The notes under the pieces are model-generated. The model did no database searches. It was given only the letters and a program-made list of their open reading frames with translations, and was not told the origin of the DNA. Positions 22,306 to 33,997 of a stretch of DNA of 64,000 nucleotides are shown here, piece by piece. The position numbers and the translations under genes are program-made. This DNA comes from Camelus dromedarius. Its lineage: Eukaryota. The stretch covers positions 11,348,001 through 11,412,000 of the forward strand of contig NC_087437.1 of assembly GCF_036321535.1 (NCBI RefSeq), read 5' to 3'. Each line of letters starts with the position of its first letter. Position 1 is the stretch's first letter.

Positions 22306-25300
22306 AGAGCAATAGGTCTAGGGACTTTGGGAGACATTGGGTTCATGCAGCCCCCTGTGGGCTGTGTGGGCAGATGGACAGTGGCCGGGCCATTCTACCC
22401 TGGGCTGTGACACTGAAGGGAGAGTGCCATGTAGAATGTCTGGGATGATGGGAGTGTTGAGGGGGGCCAAAAAAAGGGAGGGGTCACAAGGAGGTTTGAG
22501 AGTGATCTGCAGATACCTGTCACGTGCAAGAGACTTTCAGCGTGTCTGTGGATGGAGGATGGGTGGAGAGGCACTGCTGGGGACTGCTGAGGGACGGGGA
22601 CTCTCCCTGCTCTGCCTCAGGTCAAAGAAGATGCACGCCTGGTATGCAGAGCAAACACACAAAGGAACACACCCTTCCTACCTTGGGCTGCTTTTGGTTC
22701 TCAGGGCATGTGAAGTGTCTCTAGGGCACCAATGTCTTTACTGTGCAACAAATCAGGGCCCATGCATGGGATACAGTTCCAGGGACAGGCCACTATGCCC
22801 CCTTAAAGTTCTCCTCTGAAGCTTCATCGCTTTAGCTTAGTGGATCTTAGCTAGTTGGGGGTGTGGTCTGCTCAGGGAGTGTAATGAAGGATCCAGGCAA
22901 GTGATCGGGCAGATACTCTTGTGGGATCCACAGACATCGCATGCGCCCAACCCATCTGCAGATGCCACTTTAAGCTTCAGCTGCAGACCTTGATCACTGT
23001 CAAAATGCAAAAGCTCATTGAAAAGACATAAGCTGATGTGAATATAATCTATTGAATAGAATGAAAGAGAGAACCAAGAGCTGTTCTTGGCAGGGGGCCA
23101 GGAGAACTACACCTATAAGCAGCAGATCCTTTTGTAGGCGGAAGGAGAAAGGTTTCTGAGAAGCAAGGCTGGAGGCCGGAGAGGCACCCACTAACCCAAG
23201 GGTTTGGTCCAGGGCTGCCCCGTTCACACCATCAGAAACCAACCCAAGCTCTGGCTCATTCGAGATGAACTGTTCGTGGTGCCTGGCTTTGGGGAGCTTA
23301 GGTGAAGAACCAACCTGAACCCTATGGGCAGCAGAGCTGAACAGGAGGGAGAAAAGGCGTGTTTAGAGGCATCGAGGAGAATTCCATCTGTATGAGGGGA
23401 CCCGTAGTGACCTTGGAACTTGGCTTAGAAGAACAAGCCAGGTACCTTCCAGGCAGGGGATGAGACGTGTGGCTTATGAAATGACAGGAGGAGAAGGCAC
23501 AGCATCCTGGCCAGGGGGTGAGATTCGGGGTGGGGAGGGGCAGGAGGTGGCCGAGCGTAAAGCTGCAAATGCAGTTTGGGGCCGGATGGTGGGGGGTCTG
23601 GAGAGGTTTGCTATAGAATTTGGACTTCATCCCATGGGAAATGGGGAGCCATGGAAGGTCCTTCATGGAGTGACGTGATTTGAGAAAGATAACAGTGCCT
23701 CCGTGAGAAGGGGGACTTCTCGGGGGGATGACCCCTCTGGTGGCACCTATTGGCATGGGGTTGTTGCTACTCTCCTGTCTTAGCGTTCAAAGTCACAAAG
23801 CTAGACTAGGGTCAGAGAGAACCGTCCTAACTCCACCTTGTCAAACACCAGTGCCCTGGCCCGGACCACATGCCCTCTGTCCCCTCATCTCTCCATGTCT
23901 CCTTTTTTACCCGAGACACTACAACATTGAAGGGACAGCTGTAAAAATTACCCAATGGAAAATCTTTCCATGCAGACCTAGTGAGTTATGGTTTAGACAA
24001 TCTGCACATAATTAAAATGAAACTCGAATGCCCCTCGTGTCTCTACATCTACCTTTTCAGAGGAGGGCGTTTGTGGTCCTAGCTGGCTTCTTCTCCCTGG
24101 TTCTCAGGAGGAAGGGTCCGAGAGCATCTGAATGGTGAGATGTACAGGGGTCATCTGTTACCTTGTCAGCAGGTGCTCACAGGCAGCCCAGGAAAGCCAT
24201 GGCGGGTGCCGGGTTGGGCAGGTGGGGGCCACTTTCACAGGCAAATCTCTTGTGTCTTTTTACAAAGTCAGATGCTCCAGCCCTGGGCTGCTCCAGGCTC
24301 CAGGCTGAGACTGTTAGTACCAGGCGGGACCTCGGAGGCAGACAGGCCCACCGTCTCACCTGGCGTCCAGCACACGTGGACACCCCGGACTTCCTAAATA
24401 GAAGGATGTTAGAGGTCGTGGAGATGTGAGTGGAGGGTGTAGCTCGGGGTGTGTCTTGAAGTTGTGTTAACATAACAAGCACTCTTTTTTTTTTTTACTA
24501 AATTTGTGAGGCACTGGGCATTGCTTGGGTTTATGGGGTGGGCCCTCGCCCCACCTTGCCCCCACGTTGGCCAGGCCACTGCCCTGTCTGTGCATCTGGA
24601 GACACAGCTGGGTGGAGGCGAGTGGCTGCACCCACCTGGGAGGGCAATGAGGTCATAGGTCTCCATTTTGCCCTGCTTTGAAAGCACTCTTCTACCTCCT
24701 GGAGTGTCTGTTTCTACCCCTTCTCATCAGAGCTTTGACCCTGACGTTTGGGAGTCCTTTGTAAGAACAAGTTCAACCCCAGGTATAAAGGACGGACGTC
24801 TGGGTCGGGAGACAGTCTGGACAGGTTTGAGTCTCAGTTCAGTCATCTGGACATCTTGGGCGGGTTTCTTAACTCTGAGCCATGAGAGTTTGCAATGTGA
24901 AATCACAATCCCCTATCCTTCAGCTACGATGAGGACCAAGGAATTTGAAAATGCTCTGTAAAATTACAAGCAGGACACCGACATTCGGTATTGGGAGATG
25001 CCTTCATTATTATGATCTGCTCATCTCATGGCCAGCCCCAGACATCCCTAAGGGGTGGGGAATTGGAGCTATTGTCTGGTCTCAGTCTTGAGATGCCCTG
25101 AGGTGGTTTAAAAGAATCATAATAGCACAGAAGCCCATGTCCCTAGACCCCATCATCACCAAGATCAAGTGGAGATGGGATTGCTTCTCTCTTCTCTGCC
25201 ATTCTCCCCTTCCCAGACTGAATTTTACCTTTTGTGAATTTTTTTCCCTTTCAAGTTTATTTAAATTTGTTATGAAGAGCAAGGAAGATTAGGTACACAG

Positions 25301-25960
25301 ATGAATTTGTACCCAATTCTATAGCATCCCAAATTCAGCTCAAGGTGTCCTTCGGTGAGGTCTTTGCATCTTAAAAGTAAATCTGGGATCCAATGAAGTG
25401 AATATATAATGGTTGAATTTCTGATGATAGAAATAACTTGAGAACCCAAGTAGAAGAGAACAGAGACAAGGGGTATTCAAGTCATACCACACTGTGATCT
25501 AACTTTTCCACTTGCTAAAACTAACCCTACTTAGGAGCACAGTATCAAAAATCAGTAAGAGAAAAAAAATTTAAAAGCCAGCACAGCTGGACTAGAGATG
25601 GGGCTGGTTAAAATGGACCATAAGACTGTGCGTTAGTTAATAGAGATGTGAAGAAGTAGTAGTAGCTCTGCCCTGTGTTGTGGCCCAGGTGTGAGTCCCC
25701 GTGGACCACCGGTCAGAGTGGAAGGCAGGGGCCGAACGCCTCTGCTGGGCGTGGTGGGAGCCTGGGGCCTCACATCAGAGGTATCAGCAAACTTTTCCTT
25801 TTCAGATTTTTGGCAGTCACTGTAAGTGTTTTGCCTTCAGGAGTGAGACAATGCAACCAGAACCTGTGGCTGATTTTTTGGTTCTTGGTAAAATGATTAG
25901 CTTTTTACTTCCAGCCCATCCCACCTCACCCTTTTTATTTTTACTCTAAGGTTTTAGTTC

Positions 25961-26316
25961 TTTTTTTTTTTTTTTTAAATTGAAGTGTAGTTAATTTACA
26001 ATGTTGTGTTAGTTCGGGTGTAGAGCAAATTGATTCAGTTATACATACACACATATATATATTTCAGATTTTTTCTATTATACATTATTATGAGATATTT
26101 AATATAATTTCCTTTGCTATACAGTAGGTTCTTGTTGTTTATCTACTTTATACATAATAGCATGTACTGGCTAATCCCAAACTCTTAATTTATCCCTTCC
26201 TCCATTCCTTGCCCTTTTGGTATCCATAGTTTGGTTTCTATGTCTGTGAGTCTGTTTCTGGTTTGTAAATACATTTGTTTGTGTCATTTATTTTGATTCC
26301 ACATATAAGAGATATC
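25961..26316 (-). mobile_element. L1 3'UTR, 5'-truncated
   Basis: Poly-T followed by 'aattgaagtgtagttaatttacaatg...gattccacatataagagatatc'. Confidence 0.92.
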
Positions 26317-26320
26317 CCAC

Positions 26321-26964
26321 CGTTAGAGGAAGCAGATAGCTAGATATGAGCAGAGAAAAGGGGATGCAGGCCAAATGGCAGAAATTGGGTAAAAAGGAGA
26401 GGCATAGGGCCAAATGCAGGAATCCATACATCATGTAAACAACAGGAGTCCCTGGGTAGAGAAAGAGAAGCGGGAACCTCTGGGTGGATAAGCGATCACA
26501 CATTTTGGTGTGACAAGTGCTCTGGAGCCCGACAAAGAAAGGTGGGAAAAGACAGGAATCTCCAGTGTCCGAATGTAACCTTTTGCTCATTATGCCCTCA
26601 TTTCAATGAAATTAGCCTTGCAGATTAGAAGTACCCATCATGCACCGAGGCCATGACACTTCTGATCCAAACTAAATAAGGACAAAAATCCCTCCTCCCT
26701 TCAGGAAGGTGGAGTTGGGATGAAAATCAGGGAATGTGAACCCAAGCCCTTCTCTCCCAATTAATATTATGCCCATTCATTTTTACACTCGATGTAACCA
26801 ACTTGCCAAAGAAACTCAGGGCAGCCGCTCACCTGAGCCTGCCTGCTCTCCCCTTAAGAGTGTACTATCCATCCTTTAATAAATCCTCACTTTACTTTCT
26901 TAACCTCCACGTCCCATCTCTGAATTCTTTCTGCAGCAAGACAAGAACCTAGTCACCAGCAATA
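26321..26964 (+). mobile_element. Solo LTR (ERV1-like)
   Basis: About 640 bp, AATAAA at 26878-26883 and a U5-like end 'tctctgaattctttctgcagcaagacaagaacct'. The start cgttag resembles a mutated TG terminus. Confidence 0.75.
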
Positions 26965-27772
26965 ATTCCACCTGCCCCTTTTAGTTCAGGTTCAACTATC
27001 TCCTCTTGGGCTCATTTTCACTCTTCCCTTTAACGTATATCCGTGCCAAATCATTGCTCCTTCATCTTCTTCATCCCTGCTCTTCGTCCTCTTTCTCGGA
27101 CAAAGTCACCAGGGCTTGGAAGGAGCATGCACCCTGCCACTTGTCAGCAGAATGACATGGGTGATGTCAAGTCACATCCCCAGATGGACCAGGTCATCCA
27201 CCTCAGAAGGGACGGATGGATTAAATAGGAAAGATGCACTTGGTAGCATTCTTCCATTCTCACGGGTGAGGATCTGGGGCCACAGCCTGAGAAAAATCCT
27301 GTTTCTGCTTCGAGTACTGCGTCCTCTGGGGTAGGAGTGGGCTTCTTAGGGTCACAGTGGGCTTTAAAACAAACAGTCCAGCCCTCTGTGAATCTGAAAC
27401 GATCTACCACGTCTAATTCAGTGTCATACCAAGTGAAACTTGGAACCATTTCTAGCCACATAATGTAGTGATAGAAAAGTCAAGGAGAAACCAGCCAGAG
27501 CAAGTTTTATGAGGCCAACTCTGGAAGGATCGACTGGACCGCTTGCTGTGTTTATAGCAGACTTCCCTCGTAGCTACCTTTCCTCACAGGTGGACCAGCA
27601 CCTCCGAATGTTTCTAAGAACTGGAAGCCAGACTCTTAAGAGGAGGCAGATGGGTGGTTTGGGGAACAGCAGGAGAAACAACAGATGCCCTGTTGGCCAC
27701 AGTTAAGTGGTTAAAACTGCCTCTGCTGACACCTGGTGGAGGGGAGAGCAGCTTCTCTGTGCCAAAGACAAC

Positions 27773-27775
<3 letters not shown>

Positions 27776-27821
<46 letters not shown>
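27776..27821. repeat. (GT)23 microsatellite
   Basis: Perfect dinucleotide run. Confidence 0.98.
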
Positions 27822-27823
<2 letters not shown>

Positions 27824-28512
27824 GGGCTGGGAAGCACCCCTCATAACTATGGAGGAATGAAGGTGCCACACAGAACCACCAGATGCCGAAGAGTTTACTT
27901 GTGGTTGGGTGACTCACCAAGACACCCGCGTGGAAAACAACAAACACGAATGTGAAAATAAAACACTGGACCAAAGCAAACGATGTATTATTGACTTCTT
28001 ACAAGTGTCTCATGACGAAGAAGACAGCAACAAACAAGAACCCACTCCATCCCCCTGCCCCAGATGGCTTCCTAAGAAAAGACTCTCCTGCTTGACCAAT
28101 GATGGAGGTACCATCTACGTCCCGGGAAGACAGCGGCACCCAGACTGAGCCCAGGCTCTGTGGCCTCTGGAATCTGCAGGGAGCTCTCTGCAGATTTTTA
28201 ACCCTGGGATGGAAAGAATAATCTTCCAAATGAGGAATCATGAAGGCTGCTTTGCCCTTAAAATCCCCTGAAAATGAAAATGAATTTCTCCTAATATATG
28301 TAGTTATAATTGTTTACTACTTCTTAAATACAAAACGTGGTGGTGGGGGGTCTGTACTGCAGAGGTCCGACAGAAACGGACTCTGTGAACCTTGTACCGT
28401 CTCCATTTCCCTTTCCATGCTGCCTGATGAAGGCTGACTTTATTGGCAAACTCGGTGGTTTCCCGTGAGGTGTGTGCCTAGCCCAATGCACACACAGCCT
28501 AGATTTTATCTT

Positions 28513-28652
28513 CCTTTCTTTCTTTTTTTATTCTTGGCTGGGGGGGAGGTAATTAGGTTTATTTATTTATTTTTAGAAGAGGCACTGGGGATTGAACCCA
28601 GGACCTTGTGCATACTAAGCACATGCTCTACCACTGAGATCTACCCTCTCCC
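28513..28652 (-). mobile_element. Camelid tRNA-Ala-derived SINE
   Basis: Head plus tail, with degenerate TSD ccta(g/a)atttt(at/gc)ctt. Confidence 0.93.
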
Positions 28653-29063
28653 CTAAATTTTGCCTTTCAACAATCTGTTTCAAAGGTGATTTCTAGGCAT
28701 GCACCAGAGCAATTATTAGCCCAAATTCATAAGAATTAATCCATTGTGTTTAAGTCATGAAGAAAAGTTTGTTTTTGGGGTTTTCTTGTTTTTGTTTTTT
28801 AAAATCACAGGAACCTTGGTGAAGGATTGAATCAGGTAGTTAGGAAGAACAGATGGTAAGAAAGAAAAGAAGCCCCTAAAAGACTCATGTGGGTGCAATT
28901 TTCTTACAGTTACCCCGTCCTGGACTTTTAAGTTAAATTTAGAATGTGTATTTCCTTAAATGTGCTGGCTCAAATGTATGATTCTGACCAGAAAGTACAG
29001 TCAAGATACACCTCCTCCTGGGGTCGGTGATTCTAGAACACAGAAATTCTTTTTTCTAACACC

Positions 29064-29269
29064 TTTATTGTGCTATGGTTCCTGTACAGTAAACTACAGA
29101 TGTACAATTAGGTGTACAATTTGATGAATTTTGATAGATGTGTACACCCATGAAACCACCACCACAATCAAGATAGCTAACATCTCCATCACTCCCCAGA
29201 AGGTGCAAATTTCGAATTCCCAATTTATCCCTTTCCACCCGTTTAACCCCTGGGTAGCCATAAGTTTGT
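29064..29269 (-). mobile_element. Old L1 3' end (29064-29203) fused to a 66-bp piece of young L1 3'UTR (29204-29269)
   Basis: Old-type text 'tgtacacccatgaaaccaccaccacaatcaagatag' is followed by 'tgcaaatttcgaattcccaatttatccc..ccataagtttgt', similar to the reverse complement of ~3727-3792. Confidence 0.75.
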
Positions 29270-30030
29270 AGCACACAGAAATTCTTAACTTTCATGGTAC
29301 TCTTGGTGTGTCTAATTGTTTCACTGTGACCCCTCGTGAAAGAAATAAACATCCTGTTTACTAAGGAGGTCCAAATGGCCTAATAGTAGTATTTGCAGGG
29401 TGTCTGTGTTTTCCTCAAAAATTAAAGACATTCCATTGTGTTCATATGGGTTTGCTGTGGCAATCCCAGGGTGCCTGGGTACAGAGTTTGGGAACCATAG
29501 CTGCTACAGTGCTGGGAATCAGGGGGAAGTCTGAGGTCTACATGACCTCTTTCCAGCCCTCACTCTTTGTAAGCCCATGGCTACAAAATCTGGCCTTCCC
29601 TTTTCATCCTGCTGAGTAAGTCTGCCTGGTGTACGCAGTGGAGTAGAGAATAGAGAACGAAATCTTTGCTGGATTTAAGCTTATCTTGGGAATAAACAAG
29701 ACTTGACCATCATTTAATAGTGTTTTCTGAGCCCCCATCATATGGGGAAGTTGTGAGGGAGTCTCTAAAAGTGAAAGAATGCAGCCCTGCCTTAGAAGGG
29801 GGAGGCGATAAGTCACATTATTCCTGGGAGCTGCGGGAACACCAAAGGGAGCCGAGCAGGGAGCTGGATGCTAATTCTAGGTGAAAACATGACACATGAG
29901 CCTGGGATGTTAAACACGCTAGGATACCTGTAAGAGTAGCTCAACAAACCTATAAATGGCTGGTTGCTGGCTTTTCTATCCTGTGCTAGTTCTGACTTAT
30001 ATGCAGCAAGAAGCTACATATAAAATAAAG

Positions 30031-30215
30031 CAGCAGTTCTCAGAGTTTGGGGAGCACCTGGAGGGCTCCTTAATACAGATTGCTGGGATCTGTCCGCAGT
30101 GTTTCTGATTTAATCCATCTGGTGGTAGTGTGAGGCCAGGGTATCTGGGAGTCTGCGTTTCTAACAAGTTCCCAGGTGATGGACTGTACTTTCCAGAAAC
30201 CACATGTTGGGAGCC
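30031..30215 (-). mobile_element. MER5A-like element
   Basis: 'cagcagttctcagagtt..cacctggagggctc..tttctgatt..tctgcgtttctaacaagttcccaggtgat'. Confidence 0.8.
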
Positions 30216-30514
30216 ACCAGCCTACACCATTTGGGAACCTGTTAGGGAAACTGAGGTGCCATCTTGGTGAGCTACACAAGACACTGGGCAGGCCCTGCCT
30301 TGCCATTCCTGACCAGCCTAGTCAGCCTGGTCTAGAACATACCAGTGAAGAGGTGATTATCAAGGCACCCGGCACTATTGCTGGGCAGTTTCCTTCCCTG
30401 AAGGTCACTTGCATTTTAAGTAGGTATCCTGAAATTTGAGACCCTTAAGTCCTGTAGTGAAAACAAGACACAATGATGTGAAGGAGTTTTGCATTTTCAG
30501 AGAAGTTGGCTTTG

Positions 30515-31025
30515 TAAATGTCCATTGACAGATAGCTGGATCAAGATTCTGTGGTATATTTATAAATGGAATACTATTCAGCCATAAAAAAGAATAAAAT
30601 AATGCCATTTGCAGCAACATGGATGGACCTGGAGATCATCATTCTAAGTGAAGTAAGTCAGAAAGAGAAAGAAAAATACCATATGATATCACTTATATGT
30701 GGACTCTTAAAAAATATACAAATGAATTTATTTACAAAACAGAAACAGACTCACAGATATAGAGAACAAACTGGTGGTTACCGTTAGGGAAAGAGGGTGG
30801 GAAGGGATAAATTGGGAGCTTAAGATTTGCAGATACTAACTACCACATATAAAATAGATAAACAACAAGTTTATACTGTATAGTACAGGGAACTATATTC
30901 AATACCTATAATGAAAAAGAATATGACAAGGAATACATGTATGTATATGTATGACTGAAACATTATGCTGTACACCATTGATGCAGAATTGTCTTCAATT
31001 AAAAAAGGAAAAAAAAAAAAAGCAA
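30515..31025 (+). mobile_element. Young 5'-truncated L1
   Basis: The ORF reads MEYYSAIKKNKIMPFAATWMDLEIIILSEVSQ. Poly-A tail, and TSD aga(a/g)gttggctttg at 30501 and 31026. Confidence 0.95.
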
Positions 31026-32103
31026 AGAGGTTGGCTTTGCAAACTGCTTACTTGTAAGTATGGGGTACAACCCTGGAGGCTCAGGAGAAGCTGTCCTTAA
31101 TCTCCAGGAAGGGGTTCACAGCGGAATCAGAGGGGAGGCCTTGCTCCAGGGCTGGGCCTGGTCACATGTACTTAGAAAAGGCTTCCCCACTGATTCTGCT
31201 GAGAACTTCTGCTCTGGCCAGAAGTACAAGAAGAACTTAAGTACAACCTGAAGGTGGGGATGGGCCACCCTCCCAAGCCTGTTATCCTGAAGTCATCACC
31301 TGCTCACCCCTGCCCACAAACGTGCTCAGTGATTCGGAGTCACTGGCCACGCCCCTGCTGTCCTTTGTCCGGTCTGATTGCCACAGGCCTGCAGAGAACT
31401 TTTTTTCCTCCTTCTTGCCATGTTTCCTTGGGTAGCAACATGACAGCCAGTGTGGTTTATCCTAAGCACTCTGCTAATCAAAAACCATTAGCTACACACT
31501 AAAGGACCCGCTGTGGCACCAGCACATCAGCTGCACCTTACCTGGATTTCTGCACTCCTTCCACCCTCCCCCGCCTCTCCTGCCCCATGCACCTATTTCC
31601 TTGAGCAGAGTTGCCCCGTGTGGTTTCAGATTAGCAGCATCAGCCTCACCTGGGAGCTCATCAGAAATGCAGGTTCTCAGGCTGTACCCCGGACCCACGG
31701 AATCAGAGCCTCTGAGGGTGAGGTCCAGCAGGCTGTGTTTTCACAACCCCTCCAGGAACATTCATTAGGTACCGGAACCAGGGCAGCTCCACCTTCTGCT
31801 CACCAGAGACCATAGACACTCACTTGGCCTGCCACTGCTGAGAGGTGGCCAACGCTGCCTCTCAATCATCTCTCATTTCTTATGGGTTGTGGGTTGTGTT
31901 TTCCATATTCACAAATCAGCTTTCCCTAAATCCTCTCCAAGTTTTTTACATTCCTTTCAGTTCAGGAATCCAAAAACAAGAAGTGATGTTTTACCCAGTG
32001 TCTGTTTCCTGCTGGGGGTGGGGGGTGGGAGGAGGGGCATTTCTGCACAATTCTTAAATTCCCTACTCCTAGCATTGCGATTATTTTCTGAACAATAGGA
32101 GAT

Positions 32104-32114
32104 TGCTGAGTCAT
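32104..32114. promoter_or_regulatory. ARE/NFE2-sMAF motif in a candidate enhancer
   Basis: Perfect TGCTGAGTCAT, with a second TGAGTCA at ~32313 and a GC box at ~32239. Confidence 0.45.
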
Positions 32115-32999
32115 GTTTGGCTCGCGGCTCCAGGCATCTTTTTTTCCTGCTGTACTTGTGCCGGGGAGACACAGTAATGTTCTATTCACCCCTCCGAATT
32201 AGAAATGCCAACAGCTCAGATATACAACCAAAGTCCTCCCGCCCCAGCCCCTTTGGCTTATTAAAGCCTTCCCACAAATAACACCTTTGGAAATATTATA
32301 TGGTGTTGACCCTGAGTCATTTGGCTTTGGCCAGGGCAGTCAGACCTTATCTTTTTATTAGCCGCTCCTTGCACAATGCCTGGCACACTGTCACGATGAT
32401 TCTTTAAAAAAAAAAAAAAAAGATGCCTGTGGAGTGAATCACATATCTACTTCCTGAGGTTCAAATCTTATCCTTCTATTCTGCCCTGATATAGTACAGC
32501 CAGCCCTCTGTCAGGAGTAGGGAGGAGCCTGGCTCTCTCATCCAGGCTCATGTTTGCATCCAAGCCAAAGAACAGGGCTTGACCTCCTCCAGGTCTGATG
32601 GTCCAGGAGCCCTATCTGGCCCCTGGCCCCGTTTGCGCACTGTCTGCGGTACCACTTCAGTCCCCGCCGTAGCAGTGAGGCTCTGGTCGCCTCCTAGCAT
32701 GGCTCTGCCTGAGTTTTTGTCTCCCAGCTGCAAAGTCAAACCGGTGGGACCGCTTAGCTCGCCTAAAACTCTAATGGTCAACCCGCGCTGCTCGGTCGCA
32801 TCACCCGGCGGCTGTGCTGAGTCCCAGCGCGCAGGATGCACCCCACGCCGCGTGGTGTTTGAGAACTCGGGCCTCGGTTTTGTCAAGCTGCTTGGGCCAT
32901 TCGGAGGTGCAAGCGATGTTAAGAACCCCGGCCAGAAAGTGGATCTAAAATAGCACCCGGGAGGTCTGCCCACTCTGCTCTTGTTCCCTCCTAATCTCT

Positions 33000-33575
33000 T
33001 CTCAACAAGCAGAGTGGCCCTTTGGGGATATAATTCAGCTAGTTGCGGCCTCGCATCAAAACCCTGGCATGATCCCTGAGTTCTGCCCTGCTCGCCTCTC
33101 TGTCGTGTTCTGCTTCTCTCCCCATTTCAGCTCCACCAACCTCCTGGAACATGTCATCCGTGCCCCCACCAGACAGCCCTGGCACCAGGATTGTTCCTCT
33201 GCCTGAAATGCTCGTCTTGCAGATACCTGCTCAGTCCCTCCCTCACCTCCACTAAGTCTTGCAAACCTTAACTTCTCATGGATGTCCACCTTGACCTCCT
33301 GGTCCCTGCTGTAACCTGCCCCTTCCCTGTGCACTGGCCTTCCCAGCATCCCTTATCCTGCCCTGCTCTTTCTTCTTTCCACAGTATGTAGCATCATCTT
33401 TTAACACACTGCACAGTTTACTTCTGGTTTTATCGCTGTTTGTGGTTGCTTATTGTTTTGTCTCCCTCTGCTGGGAAATAAACTCCTTGAGGTCAGGGGT
33501 CTTTGTTTTGTTCACGGATTACCCCAAGTGCTCAGACGGTGTGTGGCTCTTAATATACACTTGTTAAATGAAGAA
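33000..33575 (+). mobile_element. L2 3' region
   Basis: 'tgttcctctgcctgaaatgct', 'aaactccttgaggtcaggggtctttgttttgttcac' and 'ttgttaaatgaa'. Confidence 0.75.
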
Positions 33576-33767
33576 CAATGGTCACGCCTGAAGGTGGTGA
33601 TGAAAGGTGGGGGCTGAATGGAGGAGGGAAGGCTCAAGGATGCATGAAGAACATGAATTTTCTCAAAAATGACAGATTTTGCAGGAACACTTATCATTTG
33701 ATTCTAATTATAAGTCAAGGGAAAGGACTGCCAGGCAATCTCTAGGTTAAAAAAAATTCACACCTTT

Positions 33768-33997
33768 AGAGACAGAAAGTGGGTTAGTGGTTATGTGGGG
33801 CTGGGCAGTAGGGGTGGGGCTGGTGCAGGGATGGGGAGTGACTGCTAGCGGGTTTTTTGCAGGGTAATGAAAATGTCCTCAAATGAGACTATTGTGGTAG
33901 TTGCACAACTCTGTAAATGTACTAAAGCCCACTGAATTGTGCACTTCAAATGGGTGAACCTTGTTATGTAAATTATGTCTCAATAAAACTTAAAAAT
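33768..33997 (+). mobile_element. Old L1 (L1MB/MC-like) 3' end
   Basis: 'agagacagaaagtgggttagtggtt..gttgcacaactctgtaaatgtactaaa..ctcaataaa'. Confidence 0.85.
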
